A stretch of 64,000 bases of DNA from an uncultured virus (IMG/VR IMGVR_UViG_3300007511_001544) (IMGVR_UViG_3300007511_001544:1-64000); one strand, 5' to 3'. Counted from the stretch's first letter, positions 39,828 to 49,245 are shown. Translations and numbers: made by a program. Notes: generated by a model not told the origin, from the letters alone.

Positions 39828-39828
39828 C

Positions 39829-40812
39829 TTAGTTGGTGTTATTATGCACACTGAGGATGTATTTTGCACCAAATCCTCTTGCTCCTTTTTTAACTTTCTG
39901 TATGCCAGGGATTCCATCGTCTGGGTCTACATAAGTAAAATTCCATCCTACCGTATTTTTACTTGTCATTAGAGCTTTTCCGGCAGCGAAACCAAAGGCT
40001 CCGGCGGCGGAGGCGCAGGCTGGCGCACAAATTATAAAATCAGGGGCAGTTGGTCCTCCCGTAGGGGACGAAATATGGAAGTGTGCAGCCAGGGCCGAAC
40101 AAAAGGCTATCATGGTTCTTGATATAAATCCAACATTGTCACTAACTTCGTTAACAAGTTTTGATAAATCAGCCAAAGCATGGCACAGATTATTACCCTT
40201 GACCAAGGGCTGAAGGTCTTCATCACTGTTTCCAGCGATTAAGTCAATCCCAGATTGTATTCCAATTCGAACACCCCTAGAGTCGTAGGTGTCTGTTCCT
40301 GTAACAAGTTTTATTCCGTCACGAGCAATAATTCTAACTCCGTCGGCTTTAACAGCAACGGCAGATTTTGCCGGCTCATTACCTACCACTCCTTCTGGAA
40401 GTTTAAAATACTTGTCAATGTCGGCTCGTTGAGAAATATAAATTCTGGCAGAATCCAAAAACGGATCTTTGTCGGTTGTAACCATGACCCCTGTTTCTGG
40501 GTCTTCTTCTCTTGCTAAAGGTCCTCCCATGCCGGCGATAATATCAATACAGGCAGCGTGGGAATGACCTGCGCCACCGTAACCGCTTGCTGGTCCTCGG
40601 GGTCGATCACGTCCTATAATTATGAATTGATTGTTCTTCCCTTGGATTACCCTTTCTGGGATTGTTTTATTGTATTTTGGATGGGCTTCTGCCATATAGT
40701 CATTAAAAATTCCGTCGTTCAGCCACTTTTTTTCTTTATGAGATATTTCTGCAAGACGTTTTTTGTCTGCTTTCTTCATCCCTACTCTTTCAACGTCTTT
40801 TTTAAGAACCAT
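39829..40812 (-). CDS. Baseplate central spike protein (gp5 C-terminal / gpV-like)
   Basis: Beta-rich repeats (VIQGKNNQFIIIG, SARIYISQ, AVKADGVRIIARDGIKL), QPLVKGNNL, and HxH motif HFH followed by GPT, as at metal-binding spike tips. Confidence 0.65.
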   Translation of the reverse strand: MVLKKDVERVGMKKADKKRLAEISHKEKKWLNDGIFNDYMAEAHPKYNKTIPERVIQGKNNQFIIIGRDRPRGPASGYGGAGHSHAACIDIIAGMGGPLAREEDPETGVMVTTDKDPFLDSARIYISQRADIDKYFKLPEGVVGNEPAKSAVAVKADGVRIIARDGIKLVTGTDTYDSRGVRIGIQSGIDLIAGNSDEDLQPLVKGNNLCHALADLSKLVNEVSDNVGFISRTMIAFCSALAAHFHISSPTGGPTAPDFIICAPACASAAGAFGFAAGKALMTSKNTVGWNFTYVDPDDGIPGIQKVKKGARGFGAKYILSVHNNTN

Positions 40813-40824
40813 GGTGCTTTCCTC

Positions 40825-42390
40825 TTATCTTCTTATTCCATCTAAGTCTGGATAAATATAATTTCTGGGTCCGCTGGGTCTAGACGGATCAAAAGGACCC
40901 ACTTTGGCTTGTTTCGGATCTTCAACAGTCTTGCCTGCCATAACTCGTCGGTACATGTCCCTAGTCCTTGTGACTCCAATCTGAAAGTGGGGTCCGTCAA
41001 AGAAACCTCGAAATTCACCCCCCCACTCAAAGCCATGTTCCTTGCCCATTCTACCAATATCATGCCATCGTTTCTTGGGGTACCGCTCATCAAACCCGAA
41101 TGGAATTCCACGCTGAGGGTTTTCTACCACATCGAACGCTATTCCGTAATTGTGATAACTTTGACCGCCCCTGGCTTTAGAAACACCTCGCCTACGCATT
41201 TGGTCTTGTTCGGGAAATGTCCTATATGTAGCAGTAATCTTAATATTATAGCCACGACTGCGAGCATCTCTAATAAAATCTGCCGTTTGTTTTCTGATAT
41301 CTGGGTGTAACTGTTTGATCAATTGATCTGTGAGTCTGTGTCCTGTCTTTGGAATGGACTGAGGTTGTGCCATTTTAGCAGTACTATCTGGTTCGGAGGA
41401 TTTTTTTTGTTTTGGTTGTTTTTTTCCAGATGCTCCGGCTTCGCCGTCACCGCCAGTAAAATCTCTGTTCGTATAAATTACGTCGCACTCAACACACGAA
41501 GACGGTGTTGAATTAGATCCACGAGGGGCGGCGGCGAAGGGGGGATGTCCTACCAAATTTGGGCCCGGTGGAGCGGGATCTCTATCTTTCGCTGTCGGTC
41601 TAGAAGGAGCACTGGTGTCTCCTGCTGGTTGTCTTGTAACAGGGTCGATTCCCTGGTCATCTGTCGGGTTGTTTAATTGTCTAGGATTATTAGATCCCTG
41701 TGTTAAATCATCAAGTAATCCTTTGATCAGTCCGCCAAAAGATGGCTTTACTGTAGTCTCAACACTTTTCTTTAGGCTTTCACATGCGGAAAGCCTGTCC
41801 GTAACACCCGCTTTACTAAAATGAGAACGAACAGCAGCTTCTCTTGCTGCGATGGCTCCTTCGGTTCCCTCAACAACTTTTGTTACAGACTCTCCAAGCG
41901 CAACAATTATACCATTGCCGATAATTTTGGACTTAATATCAGGATTCTTAAAGCTGACCTTTATTATGTCGCCAACCTTTGGCTCGGTGCCTCCGATATC
42001 ATCTAAAAATCCTACAAATTCGGGATGAAGATTAATAAGATGTTGGTCGTTCTCGTCTTTTGGTCTCGGGAACGGATGAGCGGCCGCCAATTCTGAATCT
42101 TTTATTCTTGCTCTTACCCTGACCGGGTTTTTTTCATACCACTTAAACCAATCCCATGATTTTTTAGATCTCGAATTTGCATTGGCTTGCGAATCAATCC
42201 TAAGCACCTCTGCGTAATAAAACGCTTGTTCTTTATCTGCTGTGGAAGAAAATTGTTTTCGGATCTGTTGTGATATTTGATCTTCACGGGTTGACATGCC
42301 CGGTTGGAAAGATGGCTTTCTTTTTTTATATGAAGGTCTAGATACGCTAAAATCTGCTGGTTTCTTTTTTCCGTTGATTTTTCTTGTCAT
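40825..42390 (-). CDS. Baseplate hub protein: gp5-like OB-fold plus M15 (L-Ala-D-Glu) peptidase
   Basis: N-terminal AEVLRID..VRVRARI..PKVGDIIKVSF; C-terminal TYRT..EQ, GGQSYHNYGIAFD, WGG.F..FDGPHFQ (SxH-x6-D...DxxH zinc motif of Ply500/CwlK-type peptidases). Confidence 0.8.
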   Translation of the reverse strand: MTRKINGKKKPADFSVSRPSYKKRKPSFQPGMSTREDQISQQIRKQFSSTADKEQAFYYAEVLRIDSQANANSRSKKSWDWFKWYEKNPVRVRARIKDSELAAAHPFPRPKDENDQHLINLHPEFVGFLDDIGGTEPKVGDIIKVSFKNPDIKSKIIGNGIIVALGESVTKVVEGTEGAIAAREAAVRSHFSKAGVTDRLSACESLKKSVETTVKPSFGGLIKGLLDDLTQGSNNPRQLNNPTDDQGIDPVTRQPAGDTSAPSRPTAKDRDPAPPGPNLVGHPPFAAAPRGSNSTPSSCVECDVIYTNRDFTGGDGEAGASGKKQPKQKKSSEPDSTAKMAQPQSIPKTGHRLTDQLIKQLHPDIRKQTADFIRDARSRGYNIKITATYRTFPEQDQMRRRGVSKARGGQSYHNYGIAFDVVENPQRGIPFGFDERYPKKRWHDIGRMGKEHGFEWGGEFRGFFDGPHFQIGVTRTRDMYRRVMAGKTVEDPKQAKVGPFDPSRPSGPRNYIYPDLDGIRR

Positions 42391-42400
42391 TTTGTATGCC

Positions 42401-42697
42401 TTATTTATCTTTTATTAAGTCAAACAATTCCGCTTTATCTGAATCGGATAACCCATCATTTGATTTAAGTGCTTCTTTTTTGTGAACCAAGGTGGCTAAC
42501 TTGACCAGTTGTTCATTACTTCTTTGTAGTGTTTCGACAAATTTTGCAGCAATAGGCCCGGAATCCGAATAACGATCTTGGTTACCCGGAACAGCCATGT
42601 ATTCCCGAAGTTGACTCAGAAGAATTTCTGTTGTCTGTCGGTCGTTATTTATATTATCTAGGGCTTGCTCGATAAGAGAGTTGAGATCCTTTTTCAT
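42401..42697 (-). CDS. Hypothetical helical phage protein
   Basis: 98 aa with GAGG SD and an upstream TATTTA motif; no recognised domain. Confidence 0.65.
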   Translation of the reverse strand: MKKDLNSLIEQALDNINNDRQTTEILLSQLREYMAVPGNQDRYSDSGPIAAKFVETLQRSNEQLVKLATLVHKKEALKSNDGLSDSDKAELFDLIKDK

Positions 42698-42716
42698 ACT
42701 TTGTCCTCGTTAAGTA

Positions 42717-42726
42717 TAAATAAATA
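42717..42726 (-). promoter_or_regulatory. Putative late promoter (overlapping TATTTA x2) at the head of the baseplate module
   Basis: CTATTTATTTA immediately after the sigma-factor stop and before the SD of the 42697 gene. Confidence 0.5.
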
Positions 42727-42731
42727 GGTTC

Positions 42732-43412
42732 TCACATAATTTCTCCGCTATCCCATTTTTCTCTAAATATCTTATATCTTGACCTCATTTTATTCAAGCA
42801 GCTTACAATTTGCTTGGTATTGAGTCCCGTAATTTCTCGGAGATATAAGTATATTGCTTTTTTATTAAAGATTTCTATTTGCTCAATGTTTTCCATTAGT
42901 AACAAAACAGCATCTAAAACCTTTTTTTCATTCTCTTTTAATTTAAGGTTTTGCCAGTTTTCAACCTCGGTCAAAAGCAACGACCAAAATTGCTTCTCTT
43001 CTTGGTCGTCCAAAAAATCGCTATCAGAGGTTCCAATCGCCTCAACCTCTCGATACATTTCATCATAATTTATTTCTCTTTTGTTTTTTATGTTTTGTTT
43101 TTTTGCCTTGTGTGTAAACCAGTTTTTTGTTACAACAGAAAAATATGAAAAGGCTTTGGTGCCCTTGTTCGGATTAAATTTGCCGAGAATTGTTGTGAGC
43201 CAAATTTTACAATCATCCTTTAAGCTGTCTATATTACTCAAGGAAGTAAATTTATAGGTGTAAACAATTTTATCAACCATTTCGTTAAACGCCGGCTGGA
43301 TATGTTTTACATACAAATCCGTCCGTATAGTATGGCACTCGGTAGCGCAATAATTGACTATTGCCTGTTCTGTTTCCGAAGTGAAATAATGTTTACCCTT
43401 CGGTTTCTTCAT
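42732..43412 (-). CDS. Phage RNA polymerase sigma factor (T4 gp55-like, late transcription)
   Basis: KHYFT.ETEQAIV.Y, MVDKIVYTYKF, KFNPNKGTKAFSYFSVVTKNW is sigma region 2-like; start at ATG 43412 or GTG 43439. Confidence 0.7.
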   Translation of the reverse strand: MKKPKGKHYFTSETEQAIVNYCATECHTIRTDLYVKHIQPAFNEMVDKIVYTYKFTSLSNIDSLKDDCKIWLTTILGKFNPNKGTKAFSYFSVVTKNWFTHKAKKQNIKNKREINYDEMYREVEAIGTSDSDFLDDQEEKQFWSLLLTEVENWQNLKLKENEKKVLDAVLLLMENIEQIEIFNKKAIYLYLREITGLNTKQIVSCLNKMRSRYKIFREKWDSGEIM

Positions 43413-43710
43413 GTATTTTTTCTCCTCTATTTTCTTCACCCAAATAAAATATTTCGCTAAGATCGTCTAAGTCTTGAGCTAAATCTTTTGTATGTTGTAG
43501 TAATCCTCGCAGGGTGTCATCGCCGTAAAACATCGGTAGGTCGTAAACCTTTTGCAAATGATCTTTATAATTTTTAATGATCTCTAGTAAACTAGAACTA
43601 TTTTCGCTAATATATCTGAACCTTTGTAGAAGTTGCGAGGCGTACCAAACCATTAATAGAAAACACGCAAAAGACGCAACAAACAAGAGTGCTAAAATCC
43701 AGACCATCAT
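43393..43710 (-). CDS. Small membrane-anchored protein
   Basis: N-terminal hydrophobic helix WILALLFVASFACFLLMVWYA followed by a helical region. Confidence 0.6.
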   Translation of the reverse strand: MMVWILALLFVASFACFLLMVWYASQLLQRFRYISENSSSLLEIIKNYKDHLQKVYDLPMFYGDDTLRGLLQHTKDLAQDLDDLSEIFYLGEENRGEKIHEETEG

Positions 43711-43964
43711 TTGTTCTCTCTTTTCTTCAGCTTTTCTTTTTCTTGTTTGATTTCGTTTTTTATTTCTTCTATTGTTGTATGGACAACTGCACCTGTCTTT
43801 GTCTGGTTGTTGGTTTTTTTAGACAATATTTTCACAGGAGTGTTCAGTATTTTAATTAGCGTTGGCTTTTTACACTCTGTGCAATCTGTTTTTAGCTCTT
43901 TGTAGGAATGACGAAATTCTAAAATCGCATCACAGCTTTGACACTTATAACAATAGGTAGGCAC
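43707..43964 (-). CDS. FmdB-family zinc-ribbon protein
   Basis: MPTYCYKCQSC...CTEC matches the MPxYxYxCxxC...CxxC pattern. Confidence 0.8.
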   Translation of the reverse strand: MPTYCYKCQSCDAILEFRHSYKELKTDCTECKKPTLIKILNTPVKILSKKTNNQTKTGAVVHTTIEEIKNEIKQEKEKLKKRENK

Positions 43965-44170
43965 TATTCTGTCTCGAAAACTCTTTTTTCAGTTCCAGCT
44001 TCAGTGTCTGTATGGGGGGTATATACAGGTGGCGGATTGTCTACATATAATTCATCACCCTTCAGGGACAAGTCCCAATTTGCCAAAAGTTCAGTTATGT
44101 CGGTTTCTTCCGCCAGACATTTTTGTAATGTCATTAGAAGTGCTCCAACTGCTTGTTTCGAAAGTTTCAT
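43964..44170 (-). CDS. Hypothetical protein
   Basis: 68 aa, GGAG SD, coupled to its neighbours. Confidence 0.6.
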   Translation of the reverse strand: MKLSKQAVGALLMTLQKCLAEETDITELLANWDLSLKGDELYVDNPPPVYTPHTDTEAGTEKRVFETE

Positions 44171-44171
44171 T

Positions 44172-44477
44172 TTATTCTCCTTCTTTAAAGAAATCTGCTG
44201 TATTTACAGCCTTGTCACATATAAAAATATCATAGGGAGGCTTCCACATTTTTATTTCGTGGTATTTGGCTCCCCACACATTAAGTTGCTCGTGCGTGAG
44301 GGCTGTCCAATCTATTCCCGTTGTCCCGCCACGAGCCGTCCAGTACACAATAGTATCACCACTATCGTACATTTGGTTTATCTTTTCGATGTTCTTCATG
44401 ATCGGTATCGCAGAGGGATAATGTCTTTCCCCCTCATAAGTACATATTGTATCATCTATGTCAACGTAAACTAAAAT
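44172..44477 (-). CDS. HAD phosphatase (capsule biosynthesis BcbF/EcbF-like), probable ATT start
   Basis: In-frame extension upstream of ATG 44399 reads ILVYVDIDDTIC (DxD motif I); downstream WTARG and KP..D.FICDKA; GGAG lies 8 nt before ATT at 44477. Confidence 0.7.
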   Translation of the reverse strand: MLVYVDIDDTICTYEGERHYPSAIPIMKNIEKINQMYDSGDTIVYWTARGGTTGIDWTALTHEQLNVWGAKYHEIKMWKPPYDIFICDKAVNTADFFKEGE

Positions 44478-44866
44478 TTCTGTTTCTCCAGTATTTTTGT
44501 GGTAGAATAATTGCCGATCCTGTCAAAGAAATCAACCCTGCCTGCATACTGACTGCCGACAACCTCTTTGCCTCTCCAGTCAGATCCTACAACTAGAATA
44601 TCAGGTTTTGTTAATTTTATTAAGTTCTCTAATTCTTTTCTAGACCCAAAATCATATACTTCGTCAACATACCTTATGGAAGATACTAAAAACATTCTAT
44701 CCCCCAAGCTGTTAAAAGGTCGGTCATTACCCTTTACAGCTTTGACTTTTTCATCAGTATCAATTCCAACAATCAGCGTATCTCCAAGAGATTTTGCATA
44801 TTTAAACATCTCAATGTGCCCTCTATGTAAAACATCAAAGCACCCATTTGTCCAAACTGTAGTCAT
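44471..44866 (-). CDS. Heptose-1-phosphate adenylyltransferase / cytidylyltransferase-like (RfaE domain II, HldC-like)
   Basis: WTNGCFDVLHRGH (HxGH), LIVGIDTD, KG.DRP, VGSDW, YSTT; start at ATG 44866 overlaps the upstream stop. Confidence 0.85.
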   Translation of the reverse strand: MTTVWTNGCFDVLHRGHIEMFKYAKSLGDTLIVGIDTDEKVKAVKGNDRPFNSLGDRMFLVSSIRYVDEVYDFGSRKELENLIKLTKPDILVVGSDWRGKEVVGSQYAGRVDFFDRIGNYSTTKILEKQKF

Positions 44867-45609
44867 ACGATACTTACACCCCTCTTTTGGACAACTTTTG
44901 TAGCACACTCATTGGCGAACTTGATAGCTTCCTTAATATCGTTTGTTTCCAAATATTTTGCCACAAGTCCTGCTATAAATGTATCACCACCACCTGAAGA
45001 GTCTTTGATTTCCACCTTTGGAACAGGAAATACTTCGTCACGATATTTACATCCTTCAGAGCCGAGCGTAATAATCAACTTGTCATATATGTTTTGGTTA
45101 AGTAAGTGTTTTGTCCGATTATGCTCATAGTAGTTTATCTTTATAAATTCTATATTATCACACCAGGGTCCCAACAATCTCTTAGTATCCAGAAACACAT
45201 TCTGGTTGAGAAGAGATATTTGTTTCATTGATTTTTCCGTCAAAAACCCCTTACAGTAGTCAGATATGATTACTGCGTCATATTCTCTTATCGCCTCTTC
45301 TTTTAGCAAAAATGCGTCAAAAGGTTGGGAAACTTCGTCATTTTCATCTATGCGGAGGAGCATTTGGTTGGTTTTGTCATCAATATAACGACTTTTTTTA
45401 GATTTTTCCCAACCATCGTTCGTGAGAATATCAACCGCTACCCCTAGAGATGTGATATTTTGAGCAACATTCATCGCCATACCGTTAGTCTCTACTGTGT
45501 TGATTCCGTTGAAAACAGGAACAGGTGCGTCGGGGCATAACCTGTCGCAGTTACCATAGTTAAATATATCTTTGCAGCTTTCGCCTATTATCAAAACCTT
45601 CTTAGACAT
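44863..45609 (-). CDS. PfkB-family heptose-7-phosphate kinase (RfaE domain I, HldA-like)
   Basis: IIGESCKD, RLCPDAPVPV, AMNVAQN, ISDYCKG, ITLGSEG, DSSGGGDTF anion-hole motif. Confidence 0.8.
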   Translation of the reverse strand: MSKKVLIIGESCKDIFNYGNCDRLCPDAPVPVFNGINTVETNGMAMNVAQNITSLGVAVDILTNDGWEKSKKSRYIDDKTNQMLLRIDENDEVSQPFDAFLLKEEAIREYDAVIISDYCKGFLTEKSMKQISLLNQNVFLDTKRLLGPWCDNIEFIKINYYEHNRTKHLLNQNIYDKLIITLGSEGCKYRDEVFPVPKVEIKDSSGGGDTFIAGLVAKYLETNDIKEAIKFANECATKVVQKRGVSIV

Positions 45610-46619
45610 TACCTCGCCAAAAACTCCCTACCATTTTGCACTCTTTCTCGCCAATAATTAAGCAAATCATTCATAGTTTTTTCAAATGAGATTTCAGGGC
45701 ACCAGCCTGTGTGGGATTTAAATTTGGTTGCATCGGGAACCTGTAGGTCTGCGTCGATTGGTCTCAATCTATCAGGGTCAACCTCAACCTTAATATTTTT
45801 CACTGTTGACTGAGATAAGAGGTAATCAAGCATCTCCTTTACGGTGCAGCTAAAAGTCCCTCCAATGTTGTAATATTCCCCCGCTATTGGATTTTTTGTA
45901 ACAAGCATATAGTAAGCCCTTACTGCATCTCTAACATCAGACCAAGTTCTTAGAGAATCAAGGTTTCCTACTTTTAGAACAGGTGGCAACATTCCTGCTT
46001 CAATCATCGCAATCTGTTTAGCAAAGGTTGACTCTGCGAAAACATCTCCACGGCGTGGTCCTGTGTGAGTAAACATTCTAGTTGTCATAACAGTTAATCC
46101 GTAAGCCTCCGCATAGAATCTACCAACAAGATCTGTACCAACCTTGGAAATAGCATACGGGGACGCTGGGTGAAATTTGACTTCTTCGTGTATTGGTAAA
46201 AATTCTTTTGGTACTCTCCCAAAAACTTCCGACGAAGCACAAACATGGATAACTGGTTTTTTCTTCAGAACCCTTATGGCTTCCAAAAGTTTTGCAGTTC
46301 CAAGAATGTTTGTCTCAAATGTTTCAAGAGGGGCGTCGAAACTTGTCCTCGGATAGCTTTGTGCCGCAAGATGAAAAACATAATCCGGGTCACTGTTTTC
46401 GACAGTCGTCAACAAAGAGGGAAGATCGTTAAGGTCGCCGTATATAAGTTGGACCCTATCTTTGGAATTTATTCTCCCAAATAGATGTTCTAAATTCTCA
46501 AAGTTGTCGTTCCAGCGGCAAAAGCCATAAATGTCCCAGTCTGTATTTTCTAAAAGAAAGTCCGCCAAATGCGAGCCAACCATTCCTGTTATACCAGTTA
46601 CCAGGGCACGTTTGGTCAT
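45609..46619 (-). CDS. GDP-mannose/GDP-heptose 4,6-dehydratase (Gmd family, WcbK/DmhA-like)
   Basis: ITGMVGSHLADFLLENTDW, FHLAAQSYP, SSEVFG, SPYAISK, FTHTGPRRGDVFAESTFAKQIA; from recall, closely resembles Burkholderia WcbK. Confidence 0.8.
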   Translation of the reverse strand: MTKRALVTGITGMVGSHLADFLLENTDWDIYGFCRWNDNFENLEHLFGRINSKDRVQLIYGDLNDLPSLLTTVENSDPDYVFHLAAQSYPRTSFDAPLETFETNILGTAKLLEAIRVLKKKPVIHVCASSEVFGRVPKEFLPIHEEVKFHPASPYAISKVGTDLVGRFYAEAYGLTVMTTRMFTHTGPRRGDVFAESTFAKQIAMIEAGMLPPVLKVGNLDSLRTWSDVRDAVRAYYMLVTKNPIAGEYYNIGGTFSCTVKEMLDYLLSQSTVKNIKVEVDPDRLRPIDADLQVPDATKFKSHTGWCPEISFEKTMNDLLNYWRERVQNGREFLAR

Positions 46620-47563
46620 TTTATATTTTCCTTATACCAGTTCAGAGTTTTTTCAATTCCCTCTTCTAAGCTTATTTCTGGTTTCCACCCCAGTTCTCGC
46701 ACCGCTTTACTCCAGTTTAAAAACAAGCTTGTTTTGATAGTTGGTTTAGATAAGTCATTTTCAATTACCAAATCTTTTCCAGAGGCATCAATAATTTTCT
46801 GAACAAGATCACGGACGGCGACAGCCTCCCCTAACCCAACGTTGTATAGCTCATAACTTGTTTTTTGTTTTTGTGTGGCAGCCTCTACGAATTTACATAA
46901 ATCCTCAACATGAAGAAGATCTCTCTTCTCTTCTCCTGTTCCCCACATTACCACTTTATTTTCTGCTGTCATAACTTTTGTAACTGTAGCACCAAAGACA
47001 TGGCTTCTCTCTAAATCATATTTATCATAGGGTCCATAAATATTTGAGTGCCTTAAAACCGTATGCTTAGTTCTTCCAAGTCGTGAATAAAATTCACACA
47101 TTTTTTCGATATAAACCTTGGTGTTTCCCACGCCAAAATATTTTGAGTGAATCTCATCGCTGCCATCAAAGTCCTCTTCAGTTAAAGCTATATCACTTGG
47201 TTGGTACATTACTGTACAACTTGGGAAAACAAAATGTTCTACTCCATTTTCGTATGCAGATCTTAACAGCAACGAGTTCATAACAGCATTATCTGTCACA
47301 TGAATATAGGGCTTGGTTGTAATATCTTTGGCTCCGGAGGTGGTTGCAGCAAACTGAAGGATAATATCGACATCTTGCATTACCCTCTCTACATCATGTG
47401 GATTATTCAAGTCAGCATAGCACCACTCTACATCATATTCAGTAAGTGCTTCCTTCTTGTGGTAAATTGCACGAATACTGTAAAAGGGATTGCCATAAAA
47501 GTGTTCCAAGAGATTCCTGCCAATAAATCCAGTGGCTCCGCACAAAAGTATTTTCTTACTCAT
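46616..47563 (-). CDS. NAD-dependent epimerase/reductase (GDP-L-fucose synthase-like)
   Basis: GATGFIG, DN..MN..LL, SNIYGPYD, WGTG..KRDLLHVED. Confidence 0.75.
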   Translation of the reverse strand: MSKKILLCGATGFIGRNLLEHFYGNPFYSIRAIYHKKEALTEYDVEWCYADLNNPHDVERVMQDVDIILQFAATTSGAKDITTKPYIHVTDNAVMNSLLLRSAYENGVEHFVFPSCTVMYQPSDIALTEEDFDGSDEIHSKYFGVGNTKVYIEKMCEFYSRLGRTKHTVLRHSNIYGPYDKYDLERSHVFGATVTKVMTAENKVVMWGTGEEKRDLLHVEDLCKFVEAATQKQKTSYELYNVGLGEAVAVRDLVQKIIDASGKDLVIENDLSKPTIKTSLFLNWSKAVRELGWKPEISLEEGIEKTLNWYKENIK

Positions 47564-48296
47564 TTCTATTCCTCAAATATCTTCGAATATTATCTTCTGA
47601 CGACAAGGCAGCCGTTGGAAAAACCTCTACCAACTCTTGGTTAGGTAGGTTTGGTGTTTTGTAGGTGTATTTTCCAAACTTGACCTCTTTCTTTAAAAGA
47701 TCAGCTACCTGCTTAAAATCAACATTTCCCGACGATATAAAGTCAACAATTCCATTATATTTGCTCATATAGGACATCTTTATAAAACTGAGAATATCTT
47801 CTTGTAGAATATAATTGAAAGTGGATTTTCCTGATAAAGAGACTTCTGGGTTTTCGTCCTCGATGATCTTTCGAAAATTGTTTTTTCTCATCGTTTCTCC
47901 AAGAATAGCTCCGCAACGAAGGATAAGAGTTCTAGTTGTTAACCTTTTAACAATAGACTCTGCCATTAATTTTGTTGTTTTATATAAGCTGCTTTCATCA
48001 CGATATACATCAATAGAGGATAAAAATACAAATTTATGATGAGGTAACAATGATACACTTCTCGTTAGAAAAACATTATCCTCAAGCAATCCATAATAAT
48101 CATTCGTATCTTTGGTCGAATTAAAGGCACAATGAATAATGAGATCGAACGGCTTTGTTTTGTACTTGGATAAAATCTCTTGGCAGTTTTCTCGTGTCAT
48201 TGCCACACATTCTATCTGTGATGCAATATATTTACCAAGTCCGCTTCCTGCTCCCGTTACTAAAACTCTACTTCCTGAAAGCGTTGTGTCTGTCAT
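47556..48296 (-). CDS. Extended SDR NAD-dependent epimerase/dehydratase
   Basis: VTGAGSGLG, IIHCA, SSIDVY, YKTTK (YxxxK). Confidence 0.7.
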   Translation of the reverse strand: MTDTTLSGSRVLVTGAGSGLGKYIASQIECVAMTRENCQEILSKYKTKPFDLIIHCAFNSTKDTNDYYGLLEDNVFLTRSVSLLPHHKFVFLSSIDVYRDESSLYKTTKLMAESIVKRLTTRTLILRCGAILGETMRKNNFRKIIEDENPEVSLSGKSTFNYILQEDILSFIKMSYMSKYNGIVDFISSGNVDFKQVADLLKKEVKFGKYTYKTPNLPNQELVEVFPTAALSSEDNIRRYLRNRNE

Positions 48297-49245
48297 CGAT
48301 TACACTCCTATTTTTCTCAAACCATTCAATAGTTTCTTCAATTCCGTCAGACAGGCTAATGGTTGTCTCGAATCCGACCTCTTTCGCACGAGTGGAATCA
48401 AGAATCCTTCTCTTGTCCCCCGTCGGTTTCGTGGTGTCCCAAACAACTTCAATATCCTTCGGACATTTCTCTACCACGATATCAACAATTTCTTTAATGG
48501 TTACCCCTTCTCCAGAGCCAAGATTGACTGGGACGTTTACCTCATTTTCTACCATGTGCAACATCCCAAGTGCTACATCTCTGGAGTGAATAAAATCCCT
48601 TATCGGGGACCCGTCACCCCAAACTTCCAGCTTATCGTTTTCATATGCTTTCCTGATTAGAGATGGGATAACCATGGCGTTTTCTGGGTCGAAATTGTCA
48701 TATGGTCCGTATACGTTTGCTGGGCGCACGATGGAAACACGGTCCCAACCATATTGAATTTTATAAGCTTCAGCCTGAAGCTCTCCTATCCTTTTTGCCC
48801 ATCCTGCAAATCTGTCATTCTCAGACGGGAAAGTGGACCAAACATCGTCTTCTTTAAAAACTTCTGCTGGGTGATAAACTCCCACACTACTTGTATAAAG
48901 ATACCAGTCAACACCTGCCAACCTTGCAGCTTCCATCATATTGGTATTGAATTGTAACATTGGAACCATAAAATCGGCTGGCTGCTCCTTGCACATCTTT
49001 GGGGACCCCTTTACGCCAACTAGATTGAAAACGTAATCCATACCCTCACATAAACTCTTACACACAGCAAACTCTGTAAGATTGCCGTGGACAAATTTTA
49101 CTGACTGAGGCAGTCCTGCTGGAGGGTCCAAGGATACCACTGATACTTCTGCACCACGCTCAACTAAAAGATCCACGAGTTGGCGACCAATCATACCTGT
49201 GCCGCCGGTAACTAAAACTTTTTTATCTCTATAATCAACAAACAT
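48268..49245 (-). CDS. NAD-dependent epimerase/reductase (GDP-L-fucose/colitose synthase-like)
   Basis: VTGGTGMIG, SSVGVY, AGWAKR, RPANVYGPYDNF, VWGDGSPIRDFIH. Confidence 0.8.
   Translation of the reverse strand: MFVDYRDKKVLVTGGTGMIGRQLVDLLVERGAEVSVVSLDPPAGLPQSVKFVHGNLTEFAVCKSLCEGMDYVFNLVGVKGSPKMCKEQPADFMVPMLQFNTNMMEAARLAGVDWYLYTSSVGVYHPAEVFKEDDVWSTFPSENDRFAGWAKRIGELQAEAYKIQYGWDRVSIVRPANVYGPYDNFDPENAMVIPSLIRKAYENDKLEVWGDGSPIRDFIHSRDVALGMLHMVENEVNVPVNLGSGEGVTIKEIVDIVVEKCPKDIEVVWDTTKPTGDKRRILDSTRAKEVGFETTISLSDGIEETIEWFEKNRSVIDDRHNAFRK

Noticed and set aside
29271..42390. Bacterial contractile injection system, tailocin or T6SS locus
   Set aside because: The linked primase, RuvC, gp55-like sigma, T4-type gp6 and very large structural genes fit a phage genome better; no Tss or Afp ATPase genes are seen
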